A stretch of DNA of 64,000 nucleotides, from NCBI GenBank assembly GCA_963745835.1, contig CAVUZH010000024.1:329558-393557 (forward strand), given 5' to 3'. The DNA comes from an uncultured delta proteobacterium. GTDB lineage: Bacteria; Desulfobacterota; Binatia; UBA9968. Position numbers and translations under genes: made by a program. Within the stretch, counting starts at the first letter, position 1, and every line of letters begins with the position of its first letter. Below the pieces are notes generated by a model. It saw nothing but the letters and a program-made list of their open reading frames with translations. It made no database searches and was not told the origin of the DNA. Positions 19,123-30,551 of the stretch are shown in pieces.

Positions 19123-19244
19123 CAGGCTGCTCAAAAGATCTCAGATGCGAGGCGCGTGAAGTTCGATGAGCGGAGGCGTATGGTCAGTACGTTGAAGCGA
19201 GTCGACCGAGCGAAACGAAGCAGGTGAGGCTTTTCAGCAGCGTG
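19123..19244. repeat. MITE/REP-like element with terminal inverted repeats
   Basis: CAGGCTGCTCAAAAG...CTTTTCAGCAGCGTG; related ends occur at 23431, 48629-48806 and 50347. Confidence 0.65.
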
Positions 19245-20354
19245 TCAGTGCGTCGCTGCCGCTTTCATGCGAAACAGCTTCATGGCATTGCCGCCGAGAA
19301 TTTTGTCTTTGTCTTTATCCGACAAACCGGCCATCGCTTTGATCGGCGCGACTGTATTAGGCCAGGTCGAAATCGCATCGCCGTGATCGAAATCGCTGCC
19401 GATGATGATGTTGTGATCGGGCCAGATCTCGACAATCTTCGGCAGATAATCTTCCCACGAAATCGCCGCGACATAGAGCTGCTCGAAATAAGCGCTTGGT
19501 TCTTTCTTCAACCGATCTCTGCCTTTGAAAAAATCATTGACCGAAGTCGTTCCCGGAGATTCCGCCAGAGTGTGATGGTTTAGCGTCTTCATCAGCCACG
19601 GCACCCAGCCGATGCCGCCTTCAAAGAAGGCGAAGCGCAAAGTCGGAAACCTATCCAGCACGCCGCTCATGATCAAACGCGCCGCGCTCACCATATAAGT
19701 CAGCGGGAAGCCGAGCGCGGTCGCGAGCATCTTGAAACCATCATAGCGGTCGCTGCCGACCAGCCATGGGTGGCAGTCCTGGGCTTCGAAGATGCGCGTT
19801 CCTGGATGCACGAGAATCGGCACATCCAGCTTGCAAACCTCTTCGTAGAACGGCCAGAGCACTTCGGCGTCGAGATCGCAGTCTTGGTGCCCGCCCATCA
19901 GTTTGACGCCTTTGAAGCCGAGTTCAGTCACCGAGCGTCGCAGCTCGCGAACCGCTTCATCGACATCTGGCAGATACACCCAGGAGATTGCGATCAACCG
20001 ATCGCGACCGCCAATATCCTCGGCAACCGTATCGTTGTAGGCTCGCGCCATGGCGGTCCCTAAAGACGGCTCGACTTCATAGATGAGCGGTCGATTATCC
20101 GGAATGACAACTTGATAGTCGAAGCCTTCGCGTTTCATGACCTCGTAGCGGATGTCCAAATTCCAGCGCGTTTCACTGAAGGAATGAATTTTCTTGCCGT
20201 CGCGGTAGTACGTCGCTGCATCTCCGGGAAATTTCTCGCCGTAGCGGATCATTTCACCGGCGCCTTTTTTAATTTCTACGTGTCCCCGGCCGGGATGATC
20301 GACTCGATCGATAAAACGAACCGGCCAGTAATGAGTATCGCCGTCGATGTACAT
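19245..20354 (-). CDS. Amidohydrolase_2 family metallo-hydrolase/decarboxylase
   Basis: IDGDTH, ILVHP, FFEGGIGW, GSDFDH, ILGGNAMKLF. Confidence 0.9.
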   Translation of the reverse strand: MYIDGDTHYWPVRFIDRVDHPGRGHVEIKKGAGEMIRYGEKFPGDAATYYRDGKKIHSFSETRWNLDIRYEVMKREGFDYQVVIPDNRPLIYEVEPSLGTAMARAYNDTVAEDIGGRDRLIAISWVYLPDVDEAVRELRRSVTELGFKGVKLMGGHQDCDLDAEVLWPFYEEVCKLDVPILVHPGTRIFEAQDCHPWLVGSDRYDGFKMLATALGFPLTYMVSAARLIMSGVLDRFPTLRFAFFEGGIGWVPWLMKTLNHHTLAESPGTTSVNDFFKGRDRLKKEPSAYFEQLYVAAISWEDYLPKIVEIWPDHNIIIGSDFDHGDAISTWPNTVAPIKAMAGLSDKDKDKILGGNAMKLFRMKAAATH

Positions 20355-20511
20355 TTTCACCTCATCGAAACATTTTGATGGCTGCACTGCGGATCTTATT
20401 TGCAACAATAGGTGGGGTCAACCGATCCGACACTTTGCAGGACAAAGTTGACGGTTACTCGCGGCAACAGTTAGATTGCCACTCACATCACCACACTGAT
20501 CTCAATTCCCG

Positions 20512-21772
20512 GTGACAAAAGACATCGCAACACACGCCGCCAACGATCCCGCTGCGCCAATCCGACCGTGGTCTGTCCCTCCTCATTCGGGACTATCGCC
20601 TGATCTTTATCGCGATTCTTTGCTCGAACACGTCAATGCACATGCGCAACGTGGCCAGCTTGTATCAGGTTTACCAGTTGTCGGGATCTTCCGTGCAGCT
20701 TGGCATAGCCGGTTTTTTCCAAGCACTGCCGTTCATCTGTTTTGGTCTTTTCGGCGGCGTACTCGCCGACACGTACAACCGTAAAAAGCTGATCTTATTC
20801 ACCGCCGGATTTAACTTGCTGCCCGGTTTGGCGCTTGGAGTATTAACCGCCACGGGAGCCGTGCAGGTTTGGCATGTCAACGTGTTGAATGTCGTAACCT
20901 CATCCTTGCAAGTCCTCGGTGGTCCGGCGCGCCAGGCAATTTTTCCGAGCTTGGTGCCGCAAGCTTATCTTCTAAACGCGGTTACTATGGTGGTGTTAGT
21001 GATGCAGGGAACACAGCTAACTGCGCCGGTTTTTGCCGGGTTCCTTATCGATTTCTTCGGCGTGGCTGCTTCCTATATCGCCGATGCTTTATTGCTGGTA
21101 CCGGCTATCTGTTGCGTTTTGCTGGTCCGCAGTTCAGGACAACCCCAAGGCGCGCGCCGACAGGTGAGCTGGCGCAGCCTGATCGAGGGTTTTGAGTTTC
21201 TCTACCATACGCGCATTATCCTCTCGCTGTTTCTGTTGGATTTCTTCGCCGTGCTGTTCGGTTTTTACCGTCCGATACTGCCGATCTTCGCCGCCGACGT
21301 CTACAACGTCGGCGCACGCGGCCTGGGCGCGCTCTACGCCGCCCCAGCGATTGGAGCTCTCATCGGCTCCGGCATCCTACTCGCTGCCGGAGAGATCAAG
21401 CGTAAGGGAGCCCTGTCGATTGCCGCGACATTGCTCTTCGGGTTGAGCTTGGGATTCTTGGGAGTATCGAGATGGTTTTGGCTCGGTCTCGTCGCGGTCG
21501 GTATTTTGGGATTGGCCGATGCCATCAGCGTGACGGTACGCCGCACGGTTGTGCAGACTCTCGCGCCTGACGATATGCGCGGCCGTGCAACAGGCTTCTT
21601 AACGGTCTTTGCCCAAACCACCAATGCGCTTGGAGCAGTCATGGCGGGTGCAGGAGCCGCGCTGCTCGGCGCTCCAAACGCCGCCCTCGTCGGCTGCATA
21701 CTGTGCACGTTAACGGTTTTGGCTGTTTGCTGGGCGATCCCCCAGCTGTGGTCGTATCGTTCGGGCCGTTGA
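20512..21772 (+). CDS. MFS transporter (EntS/DHA3-like), N-terminal frameshift
   Basis: GGVLADTYNRKK motif A, about 12 hydrophobic segments, PDDMRGR. Confidence 0.88.
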
Positions 21773-21957
21773 GTGGAAACAGTTCAAAAGTTCAACCGTT
21801 CAAGGTTCAACGTGAAGAAATTCGATAGACGGGTCATCAGGTTTGTCGTTAAGGATCAACGTCGATGCTCCCGGTGGAGGGTAAGCTTAAAGGAGAAGTA
21901 AACCATCCCGCAGCAAGTTGACGGGTATCAAAACATGGCGGTGCGAATCTACCGAAA

Positions 21958-22034
21958 GGCATCACCCGAATGTTTTAATGGGGGTCTAGTTCCGGTCTCG
22001 CCTGGATTCCGATAGAAGCATTCGGGAATGACGG
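21958..22034. repeat. REP-like palindrome
   Basis: Imperfect inverted repeat ending CTGGATTCC...GGGAATGACGG; same family as 38754..38851. Confidence 0.55.
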
Positions 22035-22079
22035 ACTCTAAGAGGCCCGGGAATAACTCTTTACGCAGCAAGCCACGGG

Positions 22080-23321
22080 TTAACTTCTCGTCAACAAAAC
22101 GACGGTTTCCACTTGCTCGGTTTGTGGGAACATATCGAGTGGCTGCAACCGGCGCACGCGGTAACGATGATCGACCAGTTTAGCGAGATCGCGCGCCAAG
22201 CTGGTTGGGTTGCACGACACGTAGATTAAATTAGAAGCGTTCACCTCAAGGATCGCCTCCATGGCCGCTGGCTGAACCCCCTTACGCGGCGGATTGAGCA
22301 CGACCAGATCAATTTCACCCAGCATTTTTTTGGTTTCGGCCAGCTTCCCTGCGACATCGGCCGGGAAGAAGCGGCAATTCGATATGCCGTTTCTGCGTGC
22401 ATTCTGTTTCGCTGTATCAATCGAAACCGGGCTGTCATCGATTCCCCAAACCAGCCGGGCGCTGCCGGCCAGATAAAGAGATATCGGCCCGACACCGCAA
22501 TACAGATCAAGCACCGTTTGAAGACCGTTGAGTGCCGCCATCTCGGCTACCAAATCGTAAAGCCTTTTCGCGCTGGACGGATTTGCCTGTGAAAATACGC
22601 CGGCGGGAAATCCAAGAATCAACGAGCCGATATTTTCGAGCAAGGTGTCGCGACCGGAGATGATGCGGTACCGGTCTCCCCAGATCACGTTACCGTGCTG
22701 TTCGTTGACGTTCTGGATAACGCCGTTAATGAAAGAAAATTTGCGACTCAGCGATCGAGCCAACGCGCCTCCTTGAGGAAAGTCGCGATGGCGCGTCACC
22801 AAGGTCACGCTCAGCTCGCGCCGGGCAAAGCTGTAGCGAAAATCCAAATAGCGTAACTGGCCGCTGTCGTCTCTCTCGTCATAAGGTTCGATTCCCAGTT
22901 CAAGAATTTTTTTCTTCAGATACCCGAGCACCTGATTCACTGGACGGGGATGTACCGGACAGGAAGAGATATCGATCACCCGATGGGTACCCGGCACATA
23001 AAGACCGGTTGCGATCTCGCCGCGAGTCCTGCGCACGACCAGTTTGATGCGCGCCCGGTAGCCCAGCCGGTGCGGTGCGGCGATCACCTCCGGCACTTCG
23101 GTGTGAACCAACGACGGATAACCGGCCAGCGAGCCGGCGACGCATCTCCCGTTTTTTGAGCAACTGCGCGGGATATGGAACATTACTGAGGGGACAGCCG
23201 ATGCAATATGGATAATGAGGGCAGGAAGATTCGTGCAGACCCTGTAGCGGCGTCGGATCATGCCGCTTCTGCGCCGGCTTAAATCGCCGATCGCGCTGGG
23301 TCTTAAACGAGCCTCGAACAC
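22080..23321 (-). CDS. rlmD: 23S rRNA m5U methyltransferase (RlmD/TrmA family), N-terminal frameshift
   Basis: CPHYPYCIGC Fe-S motif (adjacent frame), FSQAN, LDLYCGVG, NPPRKG, YVSCNP, DMFPQT. Start is uncertain. Confidence 0.85.
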   Translation of the reverse strand: MFEARLRPSAIGDLSRRRSGMIRRRYRVCTNLPALIIHIASAVPSVMFHIPRSCSKNGRCVAGSLAGYPSLVHTEVPEVIAAPHRLGYRARIKLVVRRTRGEIATGLYVPGTHRVIDISSCPVHPRPVNQVLGYLKKKILELGIEPYDERDDSGQLRYLDFRYSFARRELSVTLVTRHRDFPQGGALARSLSRKFSFINGVIQNVNEQHGNVIWGDRYRIISGRDTLLENIGSLILGFPAGVFSQANPSSAKRLYDLVAEMAALNGLQTVLDLYCGVGPISLYLAGSARLVWGIDDSPVSIDTAKQNARRNGISNCRFFPADVAGKLAETKKMLGEIDLVVLNPPRKGVQPAAMEAILEVNASNLIYVSCNPTSLARDLAKLVDHRYRVRRLQPLDMFPQTEQVETVVLLTRS

Positions 23322-23430
23322 TGTCGGATCTCGGTCGATTCCCTGGTGATGAACTGCTTGTAGATTTACTGTTCACCCTTGAACGATACCGACCAGCCCC
23401 ATCCAAATCAATTGCGAGATTTATTCTAAT

Positions 23431-23544
23431 AGCAGGCTGCTTAAAAAGCCTCGGAGCGATGACCAGTATCCTCGTGATCGTGTCCGTGCAAACCTGATCG
23501 AGAACTCCGAACGAACACGAACACGCGAGCACGAATTCACGAAT
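23431..23544. repeat. Dispersed repeat (AGCAGGCTGC end plus CGTGAT/CACGAA hexamer hairpin)
   Basis: Core CTCGTGATCGTGTCCGTG...GAACACGAACACG is near-identical at 48678 and 50363. Confidence 0.75.
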
Positions 23545-23661
23545 TGGGGGCGAGGCGGGCGGCGTTGGATCGATCTCGTTTCTCACCTACCATGATTCCA
23601 ATCACGCGTTGGCTTGGTCGAGGATTCCGGTCACGAGATCTGGCACAACCTACTCAACCCA

Positions 23662-23690
23662 TTGACAACCTATTAGGTCTACGATAAAGA
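23662..23690 (+). promoter_or_regulatory. sigma70-type promoter
   Basis: TTGACA-N17-TAAAGA, positioned to start just before the riboswitch. Confidence 0.6.
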
Positions 23691-23702
23691 ACCTTTGTAA
23701 GT

Positions 23703-23774
23703 TTTGCGCGACTGGCGTTACGTGGAATTAACCACGAGGGAGTGCAAAGCATTAAGACGGCCGAACGCCTGGGT
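23703..23774 (+). ncRNA. ZMP/ZTP (pfl) riboswitch aptamer
   Basis: P1 TTGCGC/GTGCAA, GACTGGCG, P2 CGTGG/CCACG, AGGGA, linker, then GCCGAACGCCTGGG (pseudoknot partner of GGCG). Confidence 0.9.
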
Positions 23775-23803
23775 CTCTTAGCTAAAGAGGTTCAGGCTTT
23801 TTT
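23767..23803 (+). terminator. Intrinsic terminator (riboswitch expression platform)
   Basis: GCCTGGGTCTCTT-loop-AAGAGGTTCAGGC followed by TTTTTT, overlapping aptamer P3. Confidence 0.85.
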
Positions 23804-23972
23804 ATGCCCTGCCAATCAACTTCGCCCAATTTCGTTTTTCGTCCATCGCTCTCCCTGCGACGTTTAGCTGCCGTCTGCCTCCGCCGGCTCAGGGCTGACG
23901 CCTGGTTATGCTCGTCCCTTGACCCGGCACGTTGCGTAGGTGCTAGAGTTTCCAGGGAGAAAAAATAAACCA

Positions 23973-25115
23973 ATGATCAAGCATTATCTATTGTCGCCCG
24001 GTCCGACGCCGATTCCCAACGAAGTCGCCTTGGCGATGTCGGAGACCATGATCCATCATCGAACGCCGCAGTTTAACAAGGTGTTCGAGCAGTCGCGCGA
24101 GGGACTCAAAAAGCTCTTCGGTACCAAAAATGACGTACTGATGCTCGCCTCTTCAGGCACCGGCGCCATGGAGGCATCGGTCGCCAACTTATTTTCGCCA
24201 GCCGATAAAGTCCTGGTTATCAATGGCGGCAAATTTGGCGAGCGCTGGCTCAATATCGCAAATGCTTTCGCTCTCCACCCCATCGAGCTGAAAGTCGAAT
24301 GGGGGCAAAGCGGTAGAGGTCGAAGCTGTCGAGAAGCAACTAAAGCCCATCCCGACCTCAAGGGTGTCATGATCCAGGCCAGCGAAACCTCCACGACGGT
24401 GCTTCATCCCGTGAAGGAGATCGCCAAGCTGACTAAAAACGGCCCGCTATTTCTCGTTGATGGTGTCACTGCGGTTGGCGTGGTTTCGGTACCGCTCGAT
24501 GACTGGGGCATCGATGTATTGGTAACCGGCTCGCAGAAAGCAATGATGTTGCCGCCGGGCCTTGGGTTTATCGCCCTGAGCGACCGGGCTTGGGAAAGAA
24601 CTAAACAAGCAACCTTGCCGCGCTTTTATTTCGACCTAAACCTCGAGCGCAAAAGCCAACAGAAAGGCTCCGGCGCTTTTACGCCGGCAGTCTCGCTGAT
24701 CTTCGGTGTGCGCGCCTCGCTCGACATGATGCAGCGTGAAGGTCTCGATAACGTGTATGCCCGCCATGCGCGCATGTCACGGGCGACGCGGGCGGCAGCG
24801 ACTGCTTTGGGATTGAAGCTACTCGCTCCCGATAGTCCCAGCCCGGCAGCGACCGGCGTCTACCTCCCCGAAGGAATCGACGCCGATCAGGTACTCGATT
24901 ATTTGCGAGATCACATGAACATTACACTCGCCGAAGGACAAGATCAGTTGAAAGGAAAAGTCATTCGCATCGCCCACGTCGGTTATATGGGCGCTTTCGA
25001 CGTCATCACCGCTGTCGCGGCGCTGGAGATGGCGTTGCGTAAATTCGGCGTTGAGCTTCCTTTCGGCAAAGGCGTGGCGGCGGCGCAAGAAGTTCTCATG
25101 GAGGCTTTGGCGTAA
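23973..25115 (+). CDS. Class V PLP aminotransferase (serine-pyruvate/AGT family, likely SerC role)
   Basis: LLSPGPTP, SSGTGAME, SETST, VDGVT, TGSQKA; directly upstream of serA. Confidence 0.9.
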   Translation: MIKHYLLSPGPTPIPNEVALAMSETMIHHRTPQFNKVFEQSREGLKKLFGTKNDVLMLASSGTGAMEASVANLFSPADKVLVINGGKFGERWLNIANAFALHPIELKVEWGQSGRGRSCREATKAHPDLKGVMIQASETSTTVLHPVKEIAKLTKNGPLFLVDGVTAVGVVSVPLDDWGIDVLVTGSQKAMMLPPGLGFIALSDRAWERTKQATLPRFYFDLNLERKSQQKGSGAFTPAVSLIFGVRASLDMMQREGLDNVYARHARMSRATRAAATALGLKLLAPDSPSPAATGVYLPEGIDADQVLDYLRDHMNITLAEGQDQLKGKVIRIAHVGYMGAFDVITAVAALEMALRKFGVELPFGKGVAAAQEVLMEALA

Positions 25116-25117
25116 AG

Positions 25118-26701
25118 ATGAAGATCCTAGTCAGCGATTCTCTTGCGCCTCAAGGCTTGGAAGTATTTCAGCGCGCCCAAGGCTTTGAAGTAGATGTACG
25201 GATCGGCCTCAAGCCCGATGAGCTAAAAGAGATCTGCGCTGACTATGACGGCTGGGTGATCCGCAGCGGCACCAGAATCACCGCCGACCTGATCGAAGCA
25301 GCGAAGAACTTGAAAGTGATCGGACGCGCGGGCGTGGGTTTTGAAAACATTGACGTCAATGCGGCAACCCAAAGAGGCATCGTCGTCATGAATACACCAG
25401 GTGGCAACAACGTCACCACCGGAGAACATACGATTTCGCTGATGATGGCTTTGGCGCGTCACATCCCGCAAGCGGTCGCCTCTCTCAAAAGCGGCAAATG
25501 GGAACGCAACAAGTTCATTGGTATCGAGTTATGCAACAAGACCATCGGCGTCATCGGCCTCGGCAATGTCGGTCGAATCGTTGCCGAACGCGCCGCCGGT
25601 CTGCGAATGAAAGTTATCGGTTTCGACCCGTTCATCTCAGCCGAGAATATCGCGCGCATGGAGGTCGAGCCCGCCACATTGGAAGAAATTTTTTCCAGGG
25701 CTGACTTTATTTCTGTTCACGTGCCGCTGACCGCTGAAACCCATGGGCTCATCAACCGCGAAGCTTTCGCGAAAATGAAAACCGGCGTACGGATCATTAA
25801 CTGCGCGCGCGGCGGCATCGTCGATGAACAGGATCTAGCCGACGCGATCAAAGAGGGGAAGGTCGCCGGCGCCGCTCTGGATGTGTACGTCGATGAACCG
25901 CCCGCGGCTGACCACCCGCTGCTAAAAATGGACCAGGTCATTACCACGCCGCATCTCGGCGCATCGACTGACGAAGCCCAGCTGAACGTGGCGGTCGCCG
26001 TGGCCGAACAAATGGTCGATTTTCTTGCCCAGGGCCTGGTTCGATATGCTGTTAATGTTCCTTCTGTCAGCCCGGAGCTTCTAAAGATCCTCCGGCCATA
26101 CCTGATCCTTGCCGAAAAGCTCGGCAGCTTACAGGTCCAGATGGCCGATGTATTGCCCCAGGAAGTTCACGTCGAGTATCGTGGTGAAGTGACCCAATAC
26201 AACATCGCTCCGCTGACGTTGGCGGTCCTCAAAGGCTTGCTCACCCCGGTGATGGAGTCGAGCGTGAATTACGTCAACGCGCCGATCATTGCAAAAGAGC
26301 GCGGTATTCAAGTTGTCGAATCGAAGAGCAGCAAGGCCGGCGACTTTTCCAGTTCTATTACCGTCAAGATCGCCACCCAGGACCGTGCAGTGGAAGTGGA
26401 GGGAGCCATTTTCGGCGACAAACACCCGCGCATCGTCCGTGTCGATAACTTCTATCTGGAAGCCGCCCCCGAAGGATACATTCTCATATTGCGCAACAAG
26501 GACGTGCCCGGTGTGGTCGGTAACGTCGGCACGATATTGGGTAAAAACAGCATCAACATCGCGGGCATGGAACTCGGACGCGGCGCGAAAGGCGGCAATG
26601 CCATCTCGTTTATACACGTCGACGATCAAATTCCCAAAGAGACCATGAAAGAACTGCGCAATCTGCCGCAAACGGTTTCAGCGGAATTAGTAAAACTATA
26701 A
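25118..26701 (+). CDS. serA: D-3-phosphoglycerate dehydrogenase
   Basis: GRAGVG, GLGNVG, INCARGG, TPHLGASTDEAQ, C-terminal ASB and ACT domains. Confidence 0.97.
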   Translation: MKILVSDSLAPQGLEVFQRAQGFEVDVRIGLKPDELKEICADYDGWVIRSGTRITADLIEAAKNLKVIGRAGVGFENIDVNAATQRGIVVMNTPGGNNVTTGEHTISLMMALARHIPQAVASLKSGKWERNKFIGIELCNKTIGVIGLGNVGRIVAERAAGLRMKVIGFDPFISAENIARMEVEPATLEEIFSRADFISVHVPLTAETHGLINREAFAKMKTGVRIINCARGGIVDEQDLADAIKEGKVAGAALDVYVDEPPAADHPLLKMDQVITTPHLGASTDEAQLNVAVAVAEQMVDFLAQGLVRYAVNVPSVSPELLKILRPYLILAEKLGSLQVQMADVLPQEVHVEYRGEVTQYNIAPLTLAVLKGLLTPVMESSVNYVNAPIIAKERGIQVVESKSSKAGDFSSSITVKIATQDRAVEVEGAIFGDKHPRIVRVDNFYLEAAPEGYILILRNKDVPGVVGNVGTILGKNSINIAGMELGRGAKGGNAISFIHVDDQIPKETMKELRNLPQTVSAELVKL

Positions 26702-26765
26702 GGAGAACGCCAGGAGGCGCGAGGTTCTGTGGGAGGATTTGACATTCGCCCCTACCGTGTCCTAG

Positions 26766-28080
<1,315 letters not shown>

Positions 28081-28215
28081 CCCGCAACCGGCAGCTGTTC
28101 TTAACCTTCTTTGGAAAGTCCCATTAAAAATAATTCTTCGGGACCGAAGCTTGAATACCTGATCGGCGCGTGATTATCATGAGCGTATAGTCGAAGCAAA
28201 CCCGGAGGAAGACAG

Positions 28216-28521
28216 ATGAACGGCGAAACTTCAAGAGAGAAACTGATCAGCGATCTCAGAACCCTGGTCGGTGATGCCGAAGAGCTGTTAAGAGCCACGA
28301 CCACCCAGGCCGGCGAAAAAGTCGCCGCAGCGCGACAAAGAATCGAGCAAAGCTTGATCGAGGGCAAGAAGGCGCTGGCCGATGCCGAACAGGCCCTAAT
28401 CGATACGTCCAAAGAATACGCCGACATTGCCGACGACTACATCCGGGAAAACCCCTGGAACGCAATCGCCATTGCCGCCGCCGTAGGGCTGTTATTGGGC
28501 CTGATGCTCCGTCGTAGCTAA
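28216..28521 (+). CDS. DUF883/ElaB-YqjD family tail-anchored protein
   Basis: DLRTLVGDAEELL...DDYIRENPW..IAIAAAVGLLLGLMLRR. Confidence 0.92.
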   Translation: MNGETSREKLISDLRTLVGDAEELLRATTTQAGEKVAAARQRIEQSLIEGKKALADAEQALIDTSKEYADIADDYIRENPWNAIAIAAAVGLLLGLMLRRS

Positions 28522-28679
28522 ACGTATCCGATGACGCTTATAAAGAAGCATTGCACTAAAAAGCGCCCCAAAGGATCTTGCATCCTCCAAGTCGCTAGCC
28601 AGGGATCCACGCAAGCTCTACCAACTGATCAGAGTTATTGGTTGCCGAGGACAAGCTTCTTTGCCTTACTGGCGTGAAT

Positions 28680-30360
28680 TCATTCGGATCGCGCCCTTTC
28701 CTCTTTCCGCGGATCGGCCGCCCCGCTTAGTGAACCGCGATGCGCGGTGATCGCCTGCACCACCCCGAGCACGCTTCTCTCACGCAGAACGTGCCCGCGC
28801 CGCTCAAGTGATTTTTTCGTCTCGTTGGGAATATCATTCTCGACGTTTAACTGATCCGGCAGCCATTGATGATGCACGCGCGGGGCTTCCACCGCTTTCC
28901 TCACCGGCATGCGAAAGTCCAGCACATTGAGAATAGTCTGAAGCGTGGCGCTGATGATCCGGGGGCCGCCCGCGGCGCCGACCACGAGTTCCGCCCGGTC
29001 GCCTTGCAGAACGATCGTCGGCGACATGCTGCTCAGCGGCCGCTTTCTAGGTTGGAGGGAATTGGCCTCATTGCCGACCAGACCGTAAACATTGCCGCTC
29101 GAATGGATCGCGAAATCGTCCATCTCATTGTTGAGCACAATACCGGTGGCCGGCACCAGCAGTTTGGAACCGAACCGCGTGTTGACCGAAACCGTGCAAG
29201 CCACAGCGTTGCCGAAACGATCGATCACGCTGAAATGCGGTGGTTCCACCCAGCTCGGACTTAAAATTATCAGGCCGTAATATTTTGGCGGATGGGTTTT
29301 CGCCGCGGAAATACGACTTCGAATCCACGCGCCGTAGTCTTTTGACGTAATTAATGCAATCGGTGCCTTGACGAAATCCGGATCGCCTAAATATTGCGCG
29401 CGATCGGCGAATGCATGTTTCATGGTCTCGGTAATCAGGTGGAGATAGGTTGCCGAGTTGTACGGCAATCCGCTCAGCGGGTAGCCTTCGAGAACTTTGA
29501 GCATTTGCAGAATCGCCACGCCGCCCGAGCTGGGCGGCGGCATGGTAATGACGGTGCGCTGGCGATAGTTGCCGATGAGAGGTTCCCGCCATACTGGCTT
29601 ATAGCTTTTCAGATCGTCGCTGCTTAAAACTCCGCCTTCGCTTCTGATCGTTTCAACGATCGCGTCGGCGACCCAGCCTTGATAGAAAGCGTTGGCACCT
29701 TGAGAAGCGATCGCCTTCAAGGTTTCAGCCAATTGCGGCTGGCGAATCACGTCGCCTTCGTTTGGCACCTCATGGTTCGGCATATAGATCCGTCCGAGCG
29801 CGGAGAACTTCTTGATCGATTCCTGCTGACGATCGATCGCGTAACGCAGTGTCGAGTCCAGGGGAAAGCCGTCGGCGGCGAGCGCGATCGCCGGCGCGAC
29901 AAGAACCTGCAGCGGCATGCTCCCGAAGCGCTTGTGCGCCTCGGTTAAACCGGCGACTTCGCCGGGTACTGCTACCGCCAAAGCTCCGGTCAGGCTTAAC
30001 GACGACACCGGCTTGCCGTCCTTCATGTATGTTCCTTGCGCGACCCTTCCGGTGCGGTTTCGCGAAAATCTAACGCATGCGCACGCCGGTCCTTTGCTTG
30101 ATAGATAACCATGAAGCCGCCGCCGCCGATTCCTGATGAAGCTTGATCCACCACAGCAAGCGCGAATGCCGTCGCAATCGCGGCGTCGACCGCATTGCCG
30201 CCACGATCGAGCATTTCCATCCCGATTTCGTCGCCAATGGGCTATCCGACACCACCAAGCCGCTAGCGGCGCGCTGCGTGCGCGCTAACGACGGTTCAGT
30301 AAAAATGTTGAACAGGAAGAAAAAAACGCAGATGAAGGATCGGTGAATCAGAACGCGCAT
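28680..30360 (-). CDS. ggt: Gamma-glutamyltransferase, frameshifted
   Basis: [51 protein letters not shown]; signal-like N-terminus. Confidence 0.93.
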
Positions 30361-30551
30361 AAACTGATCATGTTTAGTTCTTTGCCTGGAGATTTGCAAC
30401 TGAATTGCGTTCGAGTGAAAACCTTAACAAGAATGCTGGGGCCAGCTTCGATAAAATCGAGTGAGCAAACGATCATCGAGAACCAAGCGAGGTAGTTTAC
30501 GCTTGCCATACCGTGCCCATTCCTCCATATTAGCTTGAACAGTTCAAAGTC

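Noticed and set aside
19245-20354. Amidohydrolase starts MYID, like the cargo MYI leader
   Set aside because: This is the family's own first strand (xIDxxxH), with no G[E/Q] motif or linker; likely coincidence.
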